Shown: positions 9,732 through 18,945 of the stretch, in pieces | How positions within the stretch are numbered: the first letter of the stretch is position 1 | Layout: every line of letters starts with the position of its first letter | NCBI GenBank assembly: GCA_030655955.1 | Contig: JAUSOZ010000031.1 | Span: 1 to 41,900, forward strand | Direction: 5' to 3' | DNA: 41,900 nt | From: Deltaproteobacteria bacterium | Lineage (GTDB): Bacteria; Desulfobacterota; Desulfobaccia; Desulfobaccales; 0-14-0-80-60-11 | Program-made: the position numbers and the translations under genes | The notes under the pieces: model-generated | What the model was told of the DNA's origin: nothing | Databases searched by the model: none | Seen by the model: only the letters and a program-made list of their open reading frames with translations

Positions 9732-10005
9732 ATCGGTCCTTGTGGTGAATCGGCTGAGGAGACCAGCAGCCCGGCACCCATGCCCCTGCCTCAACCCCGG
9801 AAACCTGTGGAGAGATGAGTCCCGGGATGATATCCCCGAAGCCATCCGCATACTTGGCAGGATTATGGAAGGGTGGTGGTGAATCGAGGTCTAAGGGTCT
9901 GGGGCTCTCCCTAACCAATATTGAGACTAACTATTGAATATCATTGCTAAGTAACATGTAGGGGGGGAGATGTCAAGGGAATTGGGGCCCAGACTTGGGA
10001 AAGGC

Positions 10006-10045
10006 TTGACAGTTCACCGGCATATCTGTTATGACCAACTGGTCA
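10006..10045 (+). promoter_or_regulatory. Putative tetR promoter with overlapping palindromic operator
   Basis: TTGACA at 10006, TGTTATGAC at 10027, TGACCAACTGGTCA at 10032-10045 touching the ATG. Confidence 0.65.
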
Positions 10046-10695
10046 TGGATGAAGAAGCGGCCCTCTCGACTTTTCGGCACCTGCCCCCGGACAAGCAGGA
10101 ACGCGTGCTGGATGCGGCGTTAGCGGAGTTCGCCGACCAGGGCTATCATCAGGCCTCGCTCAACCGCATGGTGGCCCAGGCCGGGATCGCCAAGGGGTCG
10201 CTGTATCAGTATTTCCCCAACAAAGAGGGGATCTTTGCCTATATCTTCCGCTATGCCCTCAAGCTGGTGCGGCGCACCCTGACCACGGTCAAGGAAGAGA
10301 CCCTGGAAGAGAATTTTTTTGTCCGGCTGGAAAAATCCCTGTTGGCCGGGGTGGCCTTCTCCCGGGAGCACCCGCGGATTTTCAGCCTCTATCTGAAGAT
10401 TCAGTTCGATAAGAATGTGCCGTTCCGGGATGAATTCCTGGCTGCGGTGCGGCGCCACGCCACGGAATATTTCGCCTCCCTGGTGCGCCGGGCCCAAAGC
10501 CGGGGGGAACTGCGGCCCGGCGTCCCCCGGGCCGCCACCCTGTTCCTGCTGGACGCGGTGTTCGACCGGTTTCTCCAGGCCGTGGCGGTCCCGGCCCTGG
10601 ACGTCACCCTGGGCCTGCACCAGGCTACTGATGCAGCCATCCATAAACACATCCGGGAACTCATCAGCCTCCTGCAGGAGGGCCTGGCGGCGTAG
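10045..10695 (+). CDS. TetR/AcrR family transcriptional regulator
   Basis: AAL.EFADQGY...S...V.QAGIAKGSLYQYF..KE HTH; likely ATG 10045. Confidence 0.9.
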   Translation: MDEEAALSTFRHLPPDKQERVLDAALAEFADQGYHQASLNRMVAQAGIAKGSLYQYFPNKEGIFAYIFRYALKLVRRTLTTVKEETLEENFFVRLEKSLLAGVAFSREHPRIFSLYLKIQFDKNVPFRDEFLAAVRRHATEYFASLVRRAQSRGELRPGVPRAATLFLLDAVFDRFLQAVAVPALDVTLGLHQATDAAIHKHIRELISLLQEGLAA

Positions 10696-10724
10696 GTAGT
10701 GGTCAGTAGTCAGTAGTCAGTGGT
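10696..10724 (+). repeat. Heptamer tandem array (AGTAGTC)n after tetR stop
   Basis: GTAGTGGTCAGTAGTCAGTAGTCAGTGGT; same unit at 12024-12050. Confidence 0.75.
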
Positions 10725-10900
10725 TTCTCTCGTTCCCAAGCTCCAGCTTGGGAACGCAACTTGGCGGTGAAGCTCTGCTTTGCCAAAATGTAGGGTGCGC
10801 ATCGCGCACCGACTTGGTGGGCAAGACGCCCGCCCTACTGGACTTTTCATGCTTTACGGGTGAGCCAAAGGCCCAGGAGCAACTGTTCCGAAAATTTTTT

Positions 10901-10925
10901 TGTTATCATGGTGACCAACCGGTCA
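10901..10925 (+). promoter_or_regulatory. Extended -10 and second TGACC-N4-GGTCA operator upstream of mqnE
   Basis: TGTTATCAT followed by TGACCAACCGGTCA, then AAGGAGG RBS. Confidence 0.65.
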
Positions 10926-10941
10926 TAAAGGAGGCAGGTTC

Positions 10942-12042
10942 ATGGTCTGGGGAGGCATCCAAGACCCGGCGCTTCAGCCAATTTATGAGAAAGTGGCGGC
11001 GGGGGCGCGTCTGAGCCGGGAAGACGGCGTCACCCTGTTCGACAGCCCCGATCTGTTGGGGGTGGGGCGCCTGGCCCAGATGGTCAAGGAACGTCTCCAC
11101 GGCCGCAAGGCCTACTATATCTATAATCAGCATATCAACTACTCCAACATCTGCGTCAATGGCTGCAAGTTTTGCGCTTTCGGGCGCAAGGCCGGGGAAC
11201 CCGGGGCCTACGAGATGAGCCTCCCGGAGATCTTTGCCAAGGTGGAGGCCAGAGCGCAGGAGCCCATTACGGAGATTCACATCGTGGGCGGCTGCCACCC
11301 GGACCTGCCTTTTACCTATTATCTGGACATGCTCCGGGGCATCAAGGCCCGGCGGCCGGAGGTTCACCTCCAGGCCTTCACCGCCGTGGAGGTGGCCCAC
11401 CTGGCCCAAAAGGCCGAAATGAGCCTGCCCGACACCCTGGCGGCCCTGAAAGAGGCGGGCCTGGGGTCGCTCCCCGGCGGCGGCGCCGAAGTCTTCAGTT
11501 CCCGGGTGCGCCAAAGCCTCTGCCCGGAAAAGCTCTCCCCCGAGGGCTGGATAGAGGTGGCCCAGATGGCCCACCGGCTCGACCTCAACACCAATGCCAC
11601 CATGCTCTATGGGCACCTGGAGAGCGCGGCGGAGCGGGTGGATCATCTTGTGAGGCTGAGGGAAGCTCAGGATGAGACCGGCGGCTTTTTGGCCTTCATT
11701 CCCCTGGCCTTCCATCCCGCCAACACCGGCTTGAGCGAGCTGGCCGGCCCCAGCGCCATCGACGACCTCAAGACCCTGGCCATCTCCCGGTTGATGCTGG
11801 ACAATTTTCCCCACATCAAGGCGTTTTGGGTGATGCTGGGCCCGAAACTCTCCCAGATTTCCCTGTGTTTCGGGGTGGACGACGTGGACGGCACGGTGAT
11901 GGAGGAGCGCATCACCCACATGGCCGGGGCCCAGACCCCCCAAGGCCTGACCCGGGCGCAACTGCAAGGGCTGATCCGGGAGGCGGGCTGCGAGCCGGTG
12001 GAACGGGATACCCTGTATAAGATAGTAGTCAGTAGTCAGTAG
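10942..12042 (+). CDS. mqnE: Aminofutalosine synthase (radical SAM, CofH/MqnE family)
   Basis: NYSNICVNGCKFCAF, EIHIVGG.HP, PGGGAE, NATMLYGH, FIPLAFHP.NT, HIKAFW, D.DGTV.EE.I.H.AGA. Confidence 0.88.
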   Translation: MVWGGIQDPALQPIYEKVAAGARLSREDGVTLFDSPDLLGVGRLAQMVKERLHGRKAYYIYNQHINYSNICVNGCKFCAFGRKAGEPGAYEMSLPEIFAKVEARAQEPITEIHIVGGCHPDLPFTYYLDMLRGIKARRPEVHLQAFTAVEVAHLAQKAEMSLPDTLAALKEAGLGSLPGGGAEVFSSRVRQSLCPEKLSPEGWIEVAQMAHRLDLNTNATMLYGHLESAAERVDHLVRLREAQDETGGFLAFIPLAFHPANTGLSELAGPSAIDDLKTLAISRLMLDNFPHIKAFWVMLGPKLSQISLCFGVDDVDGTVMEERITHMAGAQTPQGLTRAQLQGLIREAGCEPVERDTLYKIVVSSQ

Positions 12043-12089
12043 TCAGAGGTCAGTTGGTTTAGTGAGACAAAACATTTATAGAGGTTAAG

Positions 12090-13112
12090 ATGATTTTCGG
12101 CCAGCGTCTGGATTGTGATGCAGCCCGGCAACTGTGGGACCTGGACCTCCTGACCTTGGGGGCCGCGGCCGATCAGGTGCGCCGGCGCCTCAATCCCGGC
12201 AACCGGGTCACCTTCGTCATCGACCGGAATATCAACTACACCAACATCTGCACCTCTGGCTGCCGCTTCTGCGCCTTTTACCGGCCTCCCGGGGCCGACG
12301 ACGGCTACGTCCTCACTTGGGAGGCGCTGGCGGCCAAACTGGTGGAACTCAAGGACCACGGCGGCAGCGGCGTCCTGCTCCAGGGCGGCCTCAATCCTGA
12401 TTTGCCACTGGCCTATTACCTGAAACTCGTGAGCTTCATCCGGGACTTCGGCCTGGCGGTCCACGGCTTCTCCCCGCCGGAGATTTTTTATGTGGCCGCA
12501 AACAACGCTCTCAGCCTGGAAGAACTGATTCGCCGCCTGATGGACGCGGGGCTGAGTTCCATCCCCGGGGGCGGGGCCGAGATCCTGGTGGACCGGGTGC
12601 GGCAGCAGATTTCGCCGCAAAAATGCTCGGCCTCCCAGTGGCTCGAGGTCATGGCCGCGGCTCACCGCGCCGGTTTAAAGACCAGCGCCACCATGATGTT
12701 CGGCCACCTGGAGACCCGGGCGGAACGGGTCGAACACCTGGTCAAGATTCGGCAACTCCAGGACGACACCGGCGGCTTCACCGCCTTCATCCCCTGGACC
12801 TACCAGCCCGGGGGCACGCACCTGGCGGGCCAGGCCCTGGGCGCGGTGGAGTACTTGAAAACCCTGGCCATCTCCCGCCTGGTGCTGGATAACGTGCCCC
12901 ACCTCCAGGTCTCCTGGGTGACCCAGGGACCCAAGGTGGCCCAGGTGGCCCTGAAATTCGGGGCCGACGACTTCGGCTCCACCATGCTGGAAGAAAACGT
13001 GGTGGCCGCCACCGGGGTGGGCTTCCACCTGACGCGGGCCGAAATCGACACCCTGATCCGGCAGTGCGGCTATGAGCCGCAGGTAAGGGATCATCGGTAT
13101 GACTTGGAGTGA
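12090..13112 (+). CDS. mqnC: Cyclic dehypoxanthinyl futalosine synthase (radical SAM)
   Basis: DRNINYTNIC..GC.FCAFYR, LLQGG, SPPE, TMMFGH, FIPWTYQ, SWVTQG, DFGSTMLEENVV. Confidence 0.9.
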   Translation: MIFGQRLDCDAARQLWDLDLLTLGAAADQVRRRLNPGNRVTFVIDRNINYTNICTSGCRFCAFYRPPGADDGYVLTWEALAAKLVELKDHGGSGVLLQGGLNPDLPLAYYLKLVSFIRDFGLAVHGFSPPEIFYVAANNALSLEELIRRLMDAGLSSIPGGGAEILVDRVRQQISPQKCSASQWLEVMAAAHRAGLKTSATMMFGHLETRAERVEHLVKIRQLQDDTGGFTAFIPWTYQPGGTHLAGQALGAVEYLKTLAISRLVLDNVPHLQVSWVTQGPKVAQVALKFGADDFGSTMLEENVVAATGVGFHLTRAEIDTLIRQCGYEPQVRDHRYDLE

Positions 13113-13130
13113 GCAGTGAGCAGTAGATGT

Positions 13131-13445
13131 GTAGGGCGGGCACTGCCCGCCATGCGGTCCGCACAGGCTGGAAAGCCTGTGCCACCGGAAAAACTTTTCA
13201 GGACAGTTGGTTATGGGACTATCTATTTCTGGTTCCCAAGCTCCAGCTTGGGAACCCCATTGCAGGCAAAGCTCCTGCTTTGCGAGAGAATCATCTATTT
13301 ATGGCGCCATGCGCCCCAAGCAGGAGCTTGGGGGAAATTTACGTTCCCAAGCAGGAGCTTGGGAACGAGGGAAAGGCGGGATGCGCTGCCTTTTCCCGCC
13401 CTACGGGCTACGGGCTGGCATGATGGTGCGTAGAACGCACCCTAC
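13131..13445. repeat. Mosaic of about eight REP-like hairpins
   Basis: Hairpins at 13131, 13161, 13231, 13266, 13314, 13342, about 13375 and 13425; several recur elsewhere in the window. Confidence 0.8.
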
Positions 13446-13478
13446 GAAAGACTTTTCGGAACTGAAATAAGGATAGTT

Positions 13479-14345
13479 ATGAACCCAAAAATCGCCATCA
13501 TAGCCCGGGTGGGGGCGCACAAGGCCCTGGCGGCGGCGGGTTTGCAGCCGCACCACACCGAGGTTTACTCCACGCCCTATGGCGACAGCCGCCCGGTGCA
13601 TTGGTTCCGGCAGGGCGAGATTGATTTCGTGGTCCTGTCCCGGCACGGTGAGGCGGGCTACGAGATTTCGGCGCCGTTTATCAATGCCCGGGCCAATCTC
13701 TATGCCTTGAAGGCGCTGGGGGTGTCCAAGATCCTGGCCTGGGTGGCGCCGGGGTCGCTCAGGCAGGAGATGGCGCCGGGGGACCTGGTGGCGCCCCACG
13801 ACGTGCTGGACGAAGGCAAAGGCGGGCCCCACACCTTCTATGCCGGGGTGGGGTGGGGTTTTATAAGGCACCACCCCCTGTTCTGCCCGGAGCTGAGGGC
13901 GGCCATGCTGGGGGCGCTGGTAGATGTTCCCTTTACGGTGCACGACCGGGCGGTCTACGTGGCCACGACGGGCCCGCGCCTTGAGACCGCGGCGGAAATC
14001 CGCAAGTTCGGCCTCCTGGGGGGCGACCTGGTGGGCCAGACCCTGGCGCCCGAGGTCTTCCTGGCCCGGGAACTGGAGCTGTGTTATACGGCCCTGACCT
14101 ACGTGGTGAATTACGCCGAAGGCTTGCTGGACCGGCCGTATGCGCCCGGAGTGCTTTTTGAAGGGCTGGCCACCCCGGCGGAAATCGAGCGGGTGCGGGC
14201 GGTGGAAGCGGCCTGGCCGGAATTAATCATCCGGTTGCTGCCGGCCCTGGCGGGAACCTCCCGCCGCTGCCCCTGCCCCCGACTCATGGAACGCTACCGT
14301 CTCAGGGGCGATATCAATGACGATTGGCGGACTTGGGTAAGGTGA
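13479..14345 (+). CDS. MTAP/MTIP-like purine nucleoside phosphorylase family protein
   Basis: TPYG, LSRHG, RANLYALK.LGV, PGSL, FCPELR, GPRLET.AE, PEV.LAREL, VVNYA. Confidence 0.8.
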   Translation: MNPKIAIIARVGAHKALAAAGLQPHHTEVYSTPYGDSRPVHWFRQGEIDFVVLSRHGEAGYEISAPFINARANLYALKALGVSKILAWVAPGSLRQEMAPGDLVAPHDVLDEGKGGPHTFYAGVGWGFIRHHPLFCPELRAAMLGALVDVPFTVHDRAVYVATTGPRLETAAEIRKFGLLGGDLVGQTLAPEVFLARELELCYTALTYVVNYAEGLLDRPYAPGVLFEGLATPAEIERVRAVEAAWPELIIRLLPALAGTSRRCPCPRLMERYRLRGDINDDWRTWVR

Positions 14346-14451
14346 TGGGGGAAAAGGGAAAAAGGCGAAAAGGGGAAAGGGTGGAAAGAGGTAAATTCGC
14401 CATGATTGATAACTACTGCTCACTGCTCACTGCTTACGGCGCACTTTATAA

Positions 14452-15651
14452 ATGATTGCGCATGTAAGCAAATGGGTCTTGCCGGTAAGCGGGCCTCCCA
14501 TCCGGGACGGGGCGGTGGTGGTGGCCGGCGACCGGATTGCCGCGGTGGGTCCGGCGGCGGAAGTTTTGACCGGCTTTACCGGTTTGATCTGCGACCACGG
14601 CGACGGCGCTATCCTGCCCGGGTTGGTGAATTGCCATGTGCACCTGGAGTTTTCGGCCCTGTCCGGAAAGGTGCTGCCCCAGGCGCGCTGGGAGGACTGG
14701 CTGGAGGCGACCCTGGCGGCGTATGGGGCGCTGTCTCCGGCAGAGGTGGAGGCGGGCATCGGCTGCGGCGTTGAAGCCTTGCGGCAAAGCGGCACCATCC
14801 TGGTGGGGGAGATCACCAACACCGGGGCCTCGTGGCCGTTTCTCACAACCGGCCCGCTGGCGTACCACCTGTTCTATGAGTGCCTGGGGTTCGATTTAGT
14901 TTCGACCTTCGACCTGCCGGAGAAATTTCCCTGGTTCGGGCGGCCTGAGGTCGCGGCCGCAGCCTGGGTTTCAGCTGCGGCCCATGCCCCCTATTCCGTG
15001 TCCCCCGCCTTGTTCCGGGCTGTGGCGGCGTGGAACACTGCCCGGTCGGGGCTGCAGACGGTGCACCTGGCCGAATCCCAGGCGGAAATTGACTTTCTGG
15101 CGAGAGGCAACGGCTTCTTTGAGGGCTTGCTGAAACGCCGGGGCCGCTGGGTTCAGGATTTTCAGCCCCCGGGGCCGGGTGCCGCGGCTTATCTCGAAGG
15201 TCTGGGATTTCTGGGGCCCCGGACCCTTACGGTCCACGGGACCCAGCTGAGCCCGGCGGATTGCGGCTGCCTGGCCGGAACCAAGACCTGGCTGGTGCTG
15301 TGCCCCCGGGCCAACCGCTACACCGGCGCCGGGGTGCCGCCGGTGCCGGAGTTGCTTAAGGCCGGGGTGAACCTGGCCCTGGGCACCGACTCCCTGGCGG
15401 GCAACTGGGACCTGAATCTCTTTGGAGAGATGCTCTGGCTCTACAAAAACTTTTCCGCCTATCCCGGTGATTTGTGGCTTCGCCTGGGAACTCTGAACGG
15501 CGCCCAAGCCCTTGGCCGGGACCGGGAACTCGGCAGTCTGGAACCCGGCAAGCAGGCTGCCCTGGGGTTCATTCCCCTTAAAGGCGGCCGGGATTTCTGG
15601 GGTGAACTCTTTACCAATGGGGCGGCCGGGAAGTGGCGCTGGCTGGGATGA
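14452..15651 (+). CDS. Metal-dependent amidohydrolase; candidate aminodeoxyfutalosine deaminase
   Basis: PGLVNCHVHLE, HAPYSVS, HLAES..E, VHG, LCPR.N, LGTDS; operon context. Confidence 0.75.
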   Translation: MIAHVSKWVLPVSGPPIRDGAVVVAGDRIAAVGPAAEVLTGFTGLICDHGDGAILPGLVNCHVHLEFSALSGKVLPQARWEDWLEATLAAYGALSPAEVEAGIGCGVEALRQSGTILVGEITNTGASWPFLTTGPLAYHLFYECLGFDLVSTFDLPEKFPWFGRPEVAAAAWVSAAAHAPYSVSPALFRAVAAWNTARSGLQTVHLAESQAEIDFLARGNGFFEGLLKRRGRWVQDFQPPGPGAAAYLEGLGFLGPRTLTVHGTQLSPADCGCLAGTKTWLVLCPRANRYTGAGVPPVPELLKAGVNLALGTDSLAGNWDLNLFGEMLWLYKNFSAYPGDLWLRLGTLNGAQALGRDRELGSLEPGKQAALGFIPLKGGRDFWGELFTNGAAGKWRWLG

Positions 15652-15655
15652 CAAG

Positions 15656-15910
15656 AGCTGTCAGCTATCAGCGATCAGCTGTCAGCCAAGATAAAGCACT
15701 ATGGCCGTTTGGGGTCACCCCCAATCATGAAATTCCTTGTAGGGGCGGTTCGCGAACCGCCCCTACGGGTGGACTTTCACGATAAAGCAAGGAATGTTAG
15801 ATTGCGCCATGATTACTTTATTCGGCGGGCAGTGCCCGCCCTAGAGGTTCAGGTCGAGTTTCAATAATTTTTGGCTTTTGCTGAAAGCTGACCGCTGATA
15901 GCTGACAGCT
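15656..15910. repeat. Inverted heptamer arrays (15656-15686 and 15880-15910) bracketing the spacer
   Basis: 29 of 31 positions complementary; encloses a 28-bp perfect palindrome at 15739-15766. Confidence 0.85.
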
Positions 15911-15928
15911 ATTCAAAGGGAGACACCC

Positions 15929-16771
15929 ATGATGGCCAAGGCCCGGCTGGGGCGCATTGCCTATCTCAACGTGCTGCCCATCTATTTTGCCATGGAAAAC
16001 ATTTTTGGCGAAAACGGTTTCCACCTGGTACGGGGTACCCCGGCGGAACTCAACGCCTTGATGCGCCGGGGCGAGATGGACCTGGGCTCTATTTCCGCCC
16101 TGGAGTATGGGCGGGCTTTTCGAGATTATCTGCTCCTGCCCGACCTGTCCATCAGCGCCACGGGGGCGGTGGGCAGCGTGCTCCTGTTCAGCCGGGTGCC
16201 GTTTTCCCGGCTGGACGGGCGCCTCATCCGGGTCAGCGCCGCCTCGGCCAGCGGCGCCGCCCTGGTCAAAGTCCTGATGGCCGAACTCTTTGAGGTGGCC
16301 CCCCGTTACCAGCCGGGTCAACTGGCGGGCGTGCCCCTGGGGGACGTAGCCGCGGTCATGGCTATCGGCGACGAGGCCCTGCGCCTCTCCGCCGCGGGAA
16401 CCATGCCCTTCGAACTGGACCTGGGGCAGGCCTGGCAGGAACTCACCGGGCTGCCCTTTGTGTTCGGGGTTTGGGCGGTGCGCCGGGACTTTGCCGCCGC
16501 CGCGCCCGAGATCACCGACTCTCTGCACCGGCTGCTGCTGCGGTCCCGGGATTGGGGCCTGGGGTCTTTACCGGAGTTGAGCCGCATCGCCGCGGCCCAC
16601 TTCGGCATGACCCCGGCCCGGATTCTGGCGTATTTTCGTCAGCTCAACTACTCCCTGGACCCGGAACACGAGGAAGGTCTGGCTACTTTTTTCAATTATT
16701 TGTATAACCTGGGAGAAATGCCGGAAGAACCGCAACTTAATTATTTTGGGCCAAGACAAGTAGGCAGTTAG
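15929..16771 (+). CDS. mqnA: Chorismate dehydratase
   Basis: GRIAYLN.LP, PAELN, SI...GAV.SV.L.S, IGD.AL, DLG..W..LTGLPFVF..W. Confidence 0.88.
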   Translation: MMAKARLGRIAYLNVLPIYFAMENIFGENGFHLVRGTPAELNALMRRGEMDLGSISALEYGRAFRDYLLLPDLSISATGAVGSVLLFSRVPFSRLDGRLIRVSAASASGAALVKVLMAELFEVAPRYQPGQLAGVPLGDVAAVMAIGDEALRLSAAGTMPFELDLGQAWQELTGLPFVFGVWAVRRDFAAAAPEITDSLHRLLLRSRDWGLGSLPELSRIAAAHFGMTPARILAYFRQLNYSLDPEHEEGLATFFNYLYNLGEMPEEPQLNYFGPRQVGS

Positions 16772-16906
16772 CTTTTGTTATCGGGATTTTGGGTTATGGT
16801 GCGTGGGACGCACCCTACGGAGACAGCCGCTACCTGACTTTTGGCCTTTAAACCAAAAGTTGACCGCTGATAGCTGAAAGCTGACCGCTTCTCCGAAGGA
16901 GAATAC

Positions 16907-18352
16907 ATGGGTTATCGGAATTTGCAGGAATTCATTACCCGCCTGGAGCAGGCTGGGGAGTTGGTGCGCATCAAGGAGCCGGTGAGCCCGTATCTGACGA
17001 TTACCGAAATCACCGACCGGGTCTCCAAGGCCGGCGGCCCGGCCCTGTTGTTCGAAGCGGTGCCGGGCTATGACATGCCGGTGCTGATGAACGCCTTCGG
17101 GTCCATGCGGCGTATGTGCCTGGCGTTGGAGGTTGCGTCCCTGGATGACATCGCCACCGACCTCCTGAGCTTCATGGAGGCGGAAGCCAACACCCTGATG
17201 AAAAAGCTCAAGCTCATTCCCAAGCTGGCCCGCCTGGGCCGGATGTTCCCCAAAGAGGTGTCCAAGGCGCCGTGCCAGGAGGTTATCCTCAGAGGCGAGG
17301 ACGCGGACCTGACCAAGATCCCGGTCCTGACCTGCTGGCCCGGGGACGGCGGCCCCTTCATCACCCTGCCGGTGGTGTTTACCCATCACCCGGAGACCGG
17401 GAAGCGCAACGTGGGCATGTACCGCCTCCAGGTTTATGACGCCCGGACCACCGGCATGCACTGGCACGCCCACAAGGGCGGGGCCCAGCATTACCGGATC
17501 GCGGAGTCCCGGGGCGAGGCGCTGCCGGTGGCGGTGGCCATCGGGCCCGACCCCGCTGTGACCTATGCGGCCACCGCCCCGCTGCCGGAAGATATTGACG
17601 AGATTCTCTTTGCCGGGTTCCTTAGGGGAGAACCGGTGGAAATGGTGCCGTGCGTCACCCAGCCTTTGAGTGTGCCGGCGGCATCCCAGATCGTCCTGGA
17701 AGGTTACGTGGCGCCGGGGGAGAAGCGGGTGGAAGGCCCGTTCGGCGACCACACCGGCTATTACTCCCTGGCGGATGACTACCCGGTGTTCCATCTCACC
17801 GCCATCACCCGGAGGCGGGACGCCGTTTATCCGGCCACCATCGTGGGGCGCCCCCCCATGGAAGACTGTTTCATGGCCAAGGCTACGGAGCGCATCTTCT
17901 TCCCCCTGATGCAAAAAACCCTGCCGGAGATGGTGGACATGAACCTGCCGGTGGAGGGGGTCTTCCACAACCTGGCCTTTATCTCCATCGACAAACGCTA
18001 TCCCGGCCACGCCCGCAAGGTGATGCACGCCATCTGGGGCATGGGGCAGATGATGTTCACCAAGATCATTATTATTTTCGACAAGGAAATTGACGTGCAG
18101 GACCTGTCCCAGGTGCTGTGGCGCTTAGGGAACAACGTCGACCCGCGCCGGGACGTGGTGTTCGCCGATGGGCCGGTGGATGCCCTGGACCATGCCTCGC
18201 CCCTGCCCCGCTACGGCTCCAAGATGGGGATCGACGCCACCCGGAAATGGCCCGAGGAAGGGTTCACCCGGCCCTGGCCCGAAGTGATCCACATGGACCC
18301 GGAAATCAAGCGCCAGGTGGATGAGCTCTGGCCGCGCCTGGGGCTGGCATGA
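16907..18352 (+). CDS. ubiD: UbiD-family menaquinone biosynthesis decarboxylase (MqnL-type)
   Basis: GGPALLFE, WP.DGGPFIT, N.GMYR.Q, EGPFGDHTGYY, VGRPPMED, GSKMGIDAT. Confidence 0.9.
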   Translation: MGYRNLQEFITRLEQAGELVRIKEPVSPYLTITEITDRVSKAGGPALLFEAVPGYDMPVLMNAFGSMRRMCLALEVASLDDIATDLLSFMEAEANTLMKKLKLIPKLARLGRMFPKEVSKAPCQEVILRGEDADLTKIPVLTCWPGDGGPFITLPVVFTHHPETGKRNVGMYRLQVYDARTTGMHWHAHKGGAQHYRIAESRGEALPVAVAIGPDPAVTYAATAPLPEDIDEILFAGFLRGEPVEMVPCVTQPLSVPAASQIVLEGYVAPGEKRVEGPFGDHTGYYSLADDYPVFHLTAITRRRDAVYPATIVGRPPMEDCFMAKATERIFFPLMQKTLPEMVDMNLPVEGVFHNLAFISIDKRYPGHARKVMHAIWGMGQMMFTKIIIIFDKEIDVQDLSQVLWRLGNNVDPRRDVVFADGPVDALDHASPLPRYGSKMGIDATRKWPEEGFTRPWPEVIHMDPEIKRQVDELWPRLGLA

Positions 18353-18909
18353 ATCGCTACGTGGTGGCCATCACCGGGGCCTCGGGCATGATCTACGCCC
18401 GGGAACTGCTGGCCTATTTCGCCGGCCGCCCGGACCTGGAATTGCACGCCGTGATCTCCGGGGCCGGGGAGCAGGTGTTGGGCCTGGAGTTGGGGACCAC
18501 CCCGGCGGCTCTGGCTCCCGGGGCCATCTGGCACCGGGTGGACGACTTCACTTCGGGCCTGGCCAGCGGCTCGTTTCGGGCCCGGGCCATGGTGGTGATC
18601 CCCTGCTCCATGGGATCGCTGGGGGCCATCGCCACCGGGGTGGGCCGCAACCTGATCCACCGGGCTGGGGAGGTCTTTCTGAAAGAGCGGCGGCCCTTGA
18701 TCCTGGTGGTGCGGGAGACGCCTTTGAGCCTCATCCACTTGCGGAACCTGGCCCGGGCGGCGGAGGCGGGGGCCACCATTTTTCCGGCCTGCCCCGGGTT
18801 CTATCACCGGCCCCAGAATCTGGATGAACTGGCCCGCCAGTTTGCCGGGCGCGTCCTGGATCACCTGAGGCTTTCGCATCACCTGACCCGGCGCTGGGGC
18901 GAGGGTTGA
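18349..18909 (+). CDS. ubiX: Flavin prenyltransferase
   Basis: AITGASG, ASGS, PCSM, RA..V.LKE.R.L....RETP, P.FY; ATGA overlap with ubiD. Confidence 0.92.
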   Translation: MNRYVVAITGASGMIYARELLAYFAGRPDLELHAVISGAGEQVLGLELGTTPAALAPGAIWHRVDDFTSGLASGSFRARAMVVIPCSMGSLGAIATGVGRNLIHRAGEVFLKERRPLILVVRETPLSLIHLRNLARAAEAGATIFPACPGFYHRPQNLDELARQFAGRVLDHLRLSHHLTRRWGEG

Positions 18910-18945
18910 CCCGGGGAAAACTCGCACCTACCGGAGGGAGCTTCT

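Noticed and set aside
9732-9970. Possible T-box or leader upstream of valS, and the N-terminal extension to 9851
   Set aside because: No T-box consensus recognised; ValRS similarity begins at MTEILDK.
13131-13445. Possible CRISPR array
   Set aside because: Repeats are heterogeneous palindromes without constant-length unique spacers, and no cas genes are present.
13116-13470. Several 87-105 aa ORFs in the mqnC downstream spacer; also 5983-6183, 10748-11014 and 24241-24582
   Set aside because: They translate REP hairpins and tandem arrays or overlap real genes; no RBS or protein-like features.
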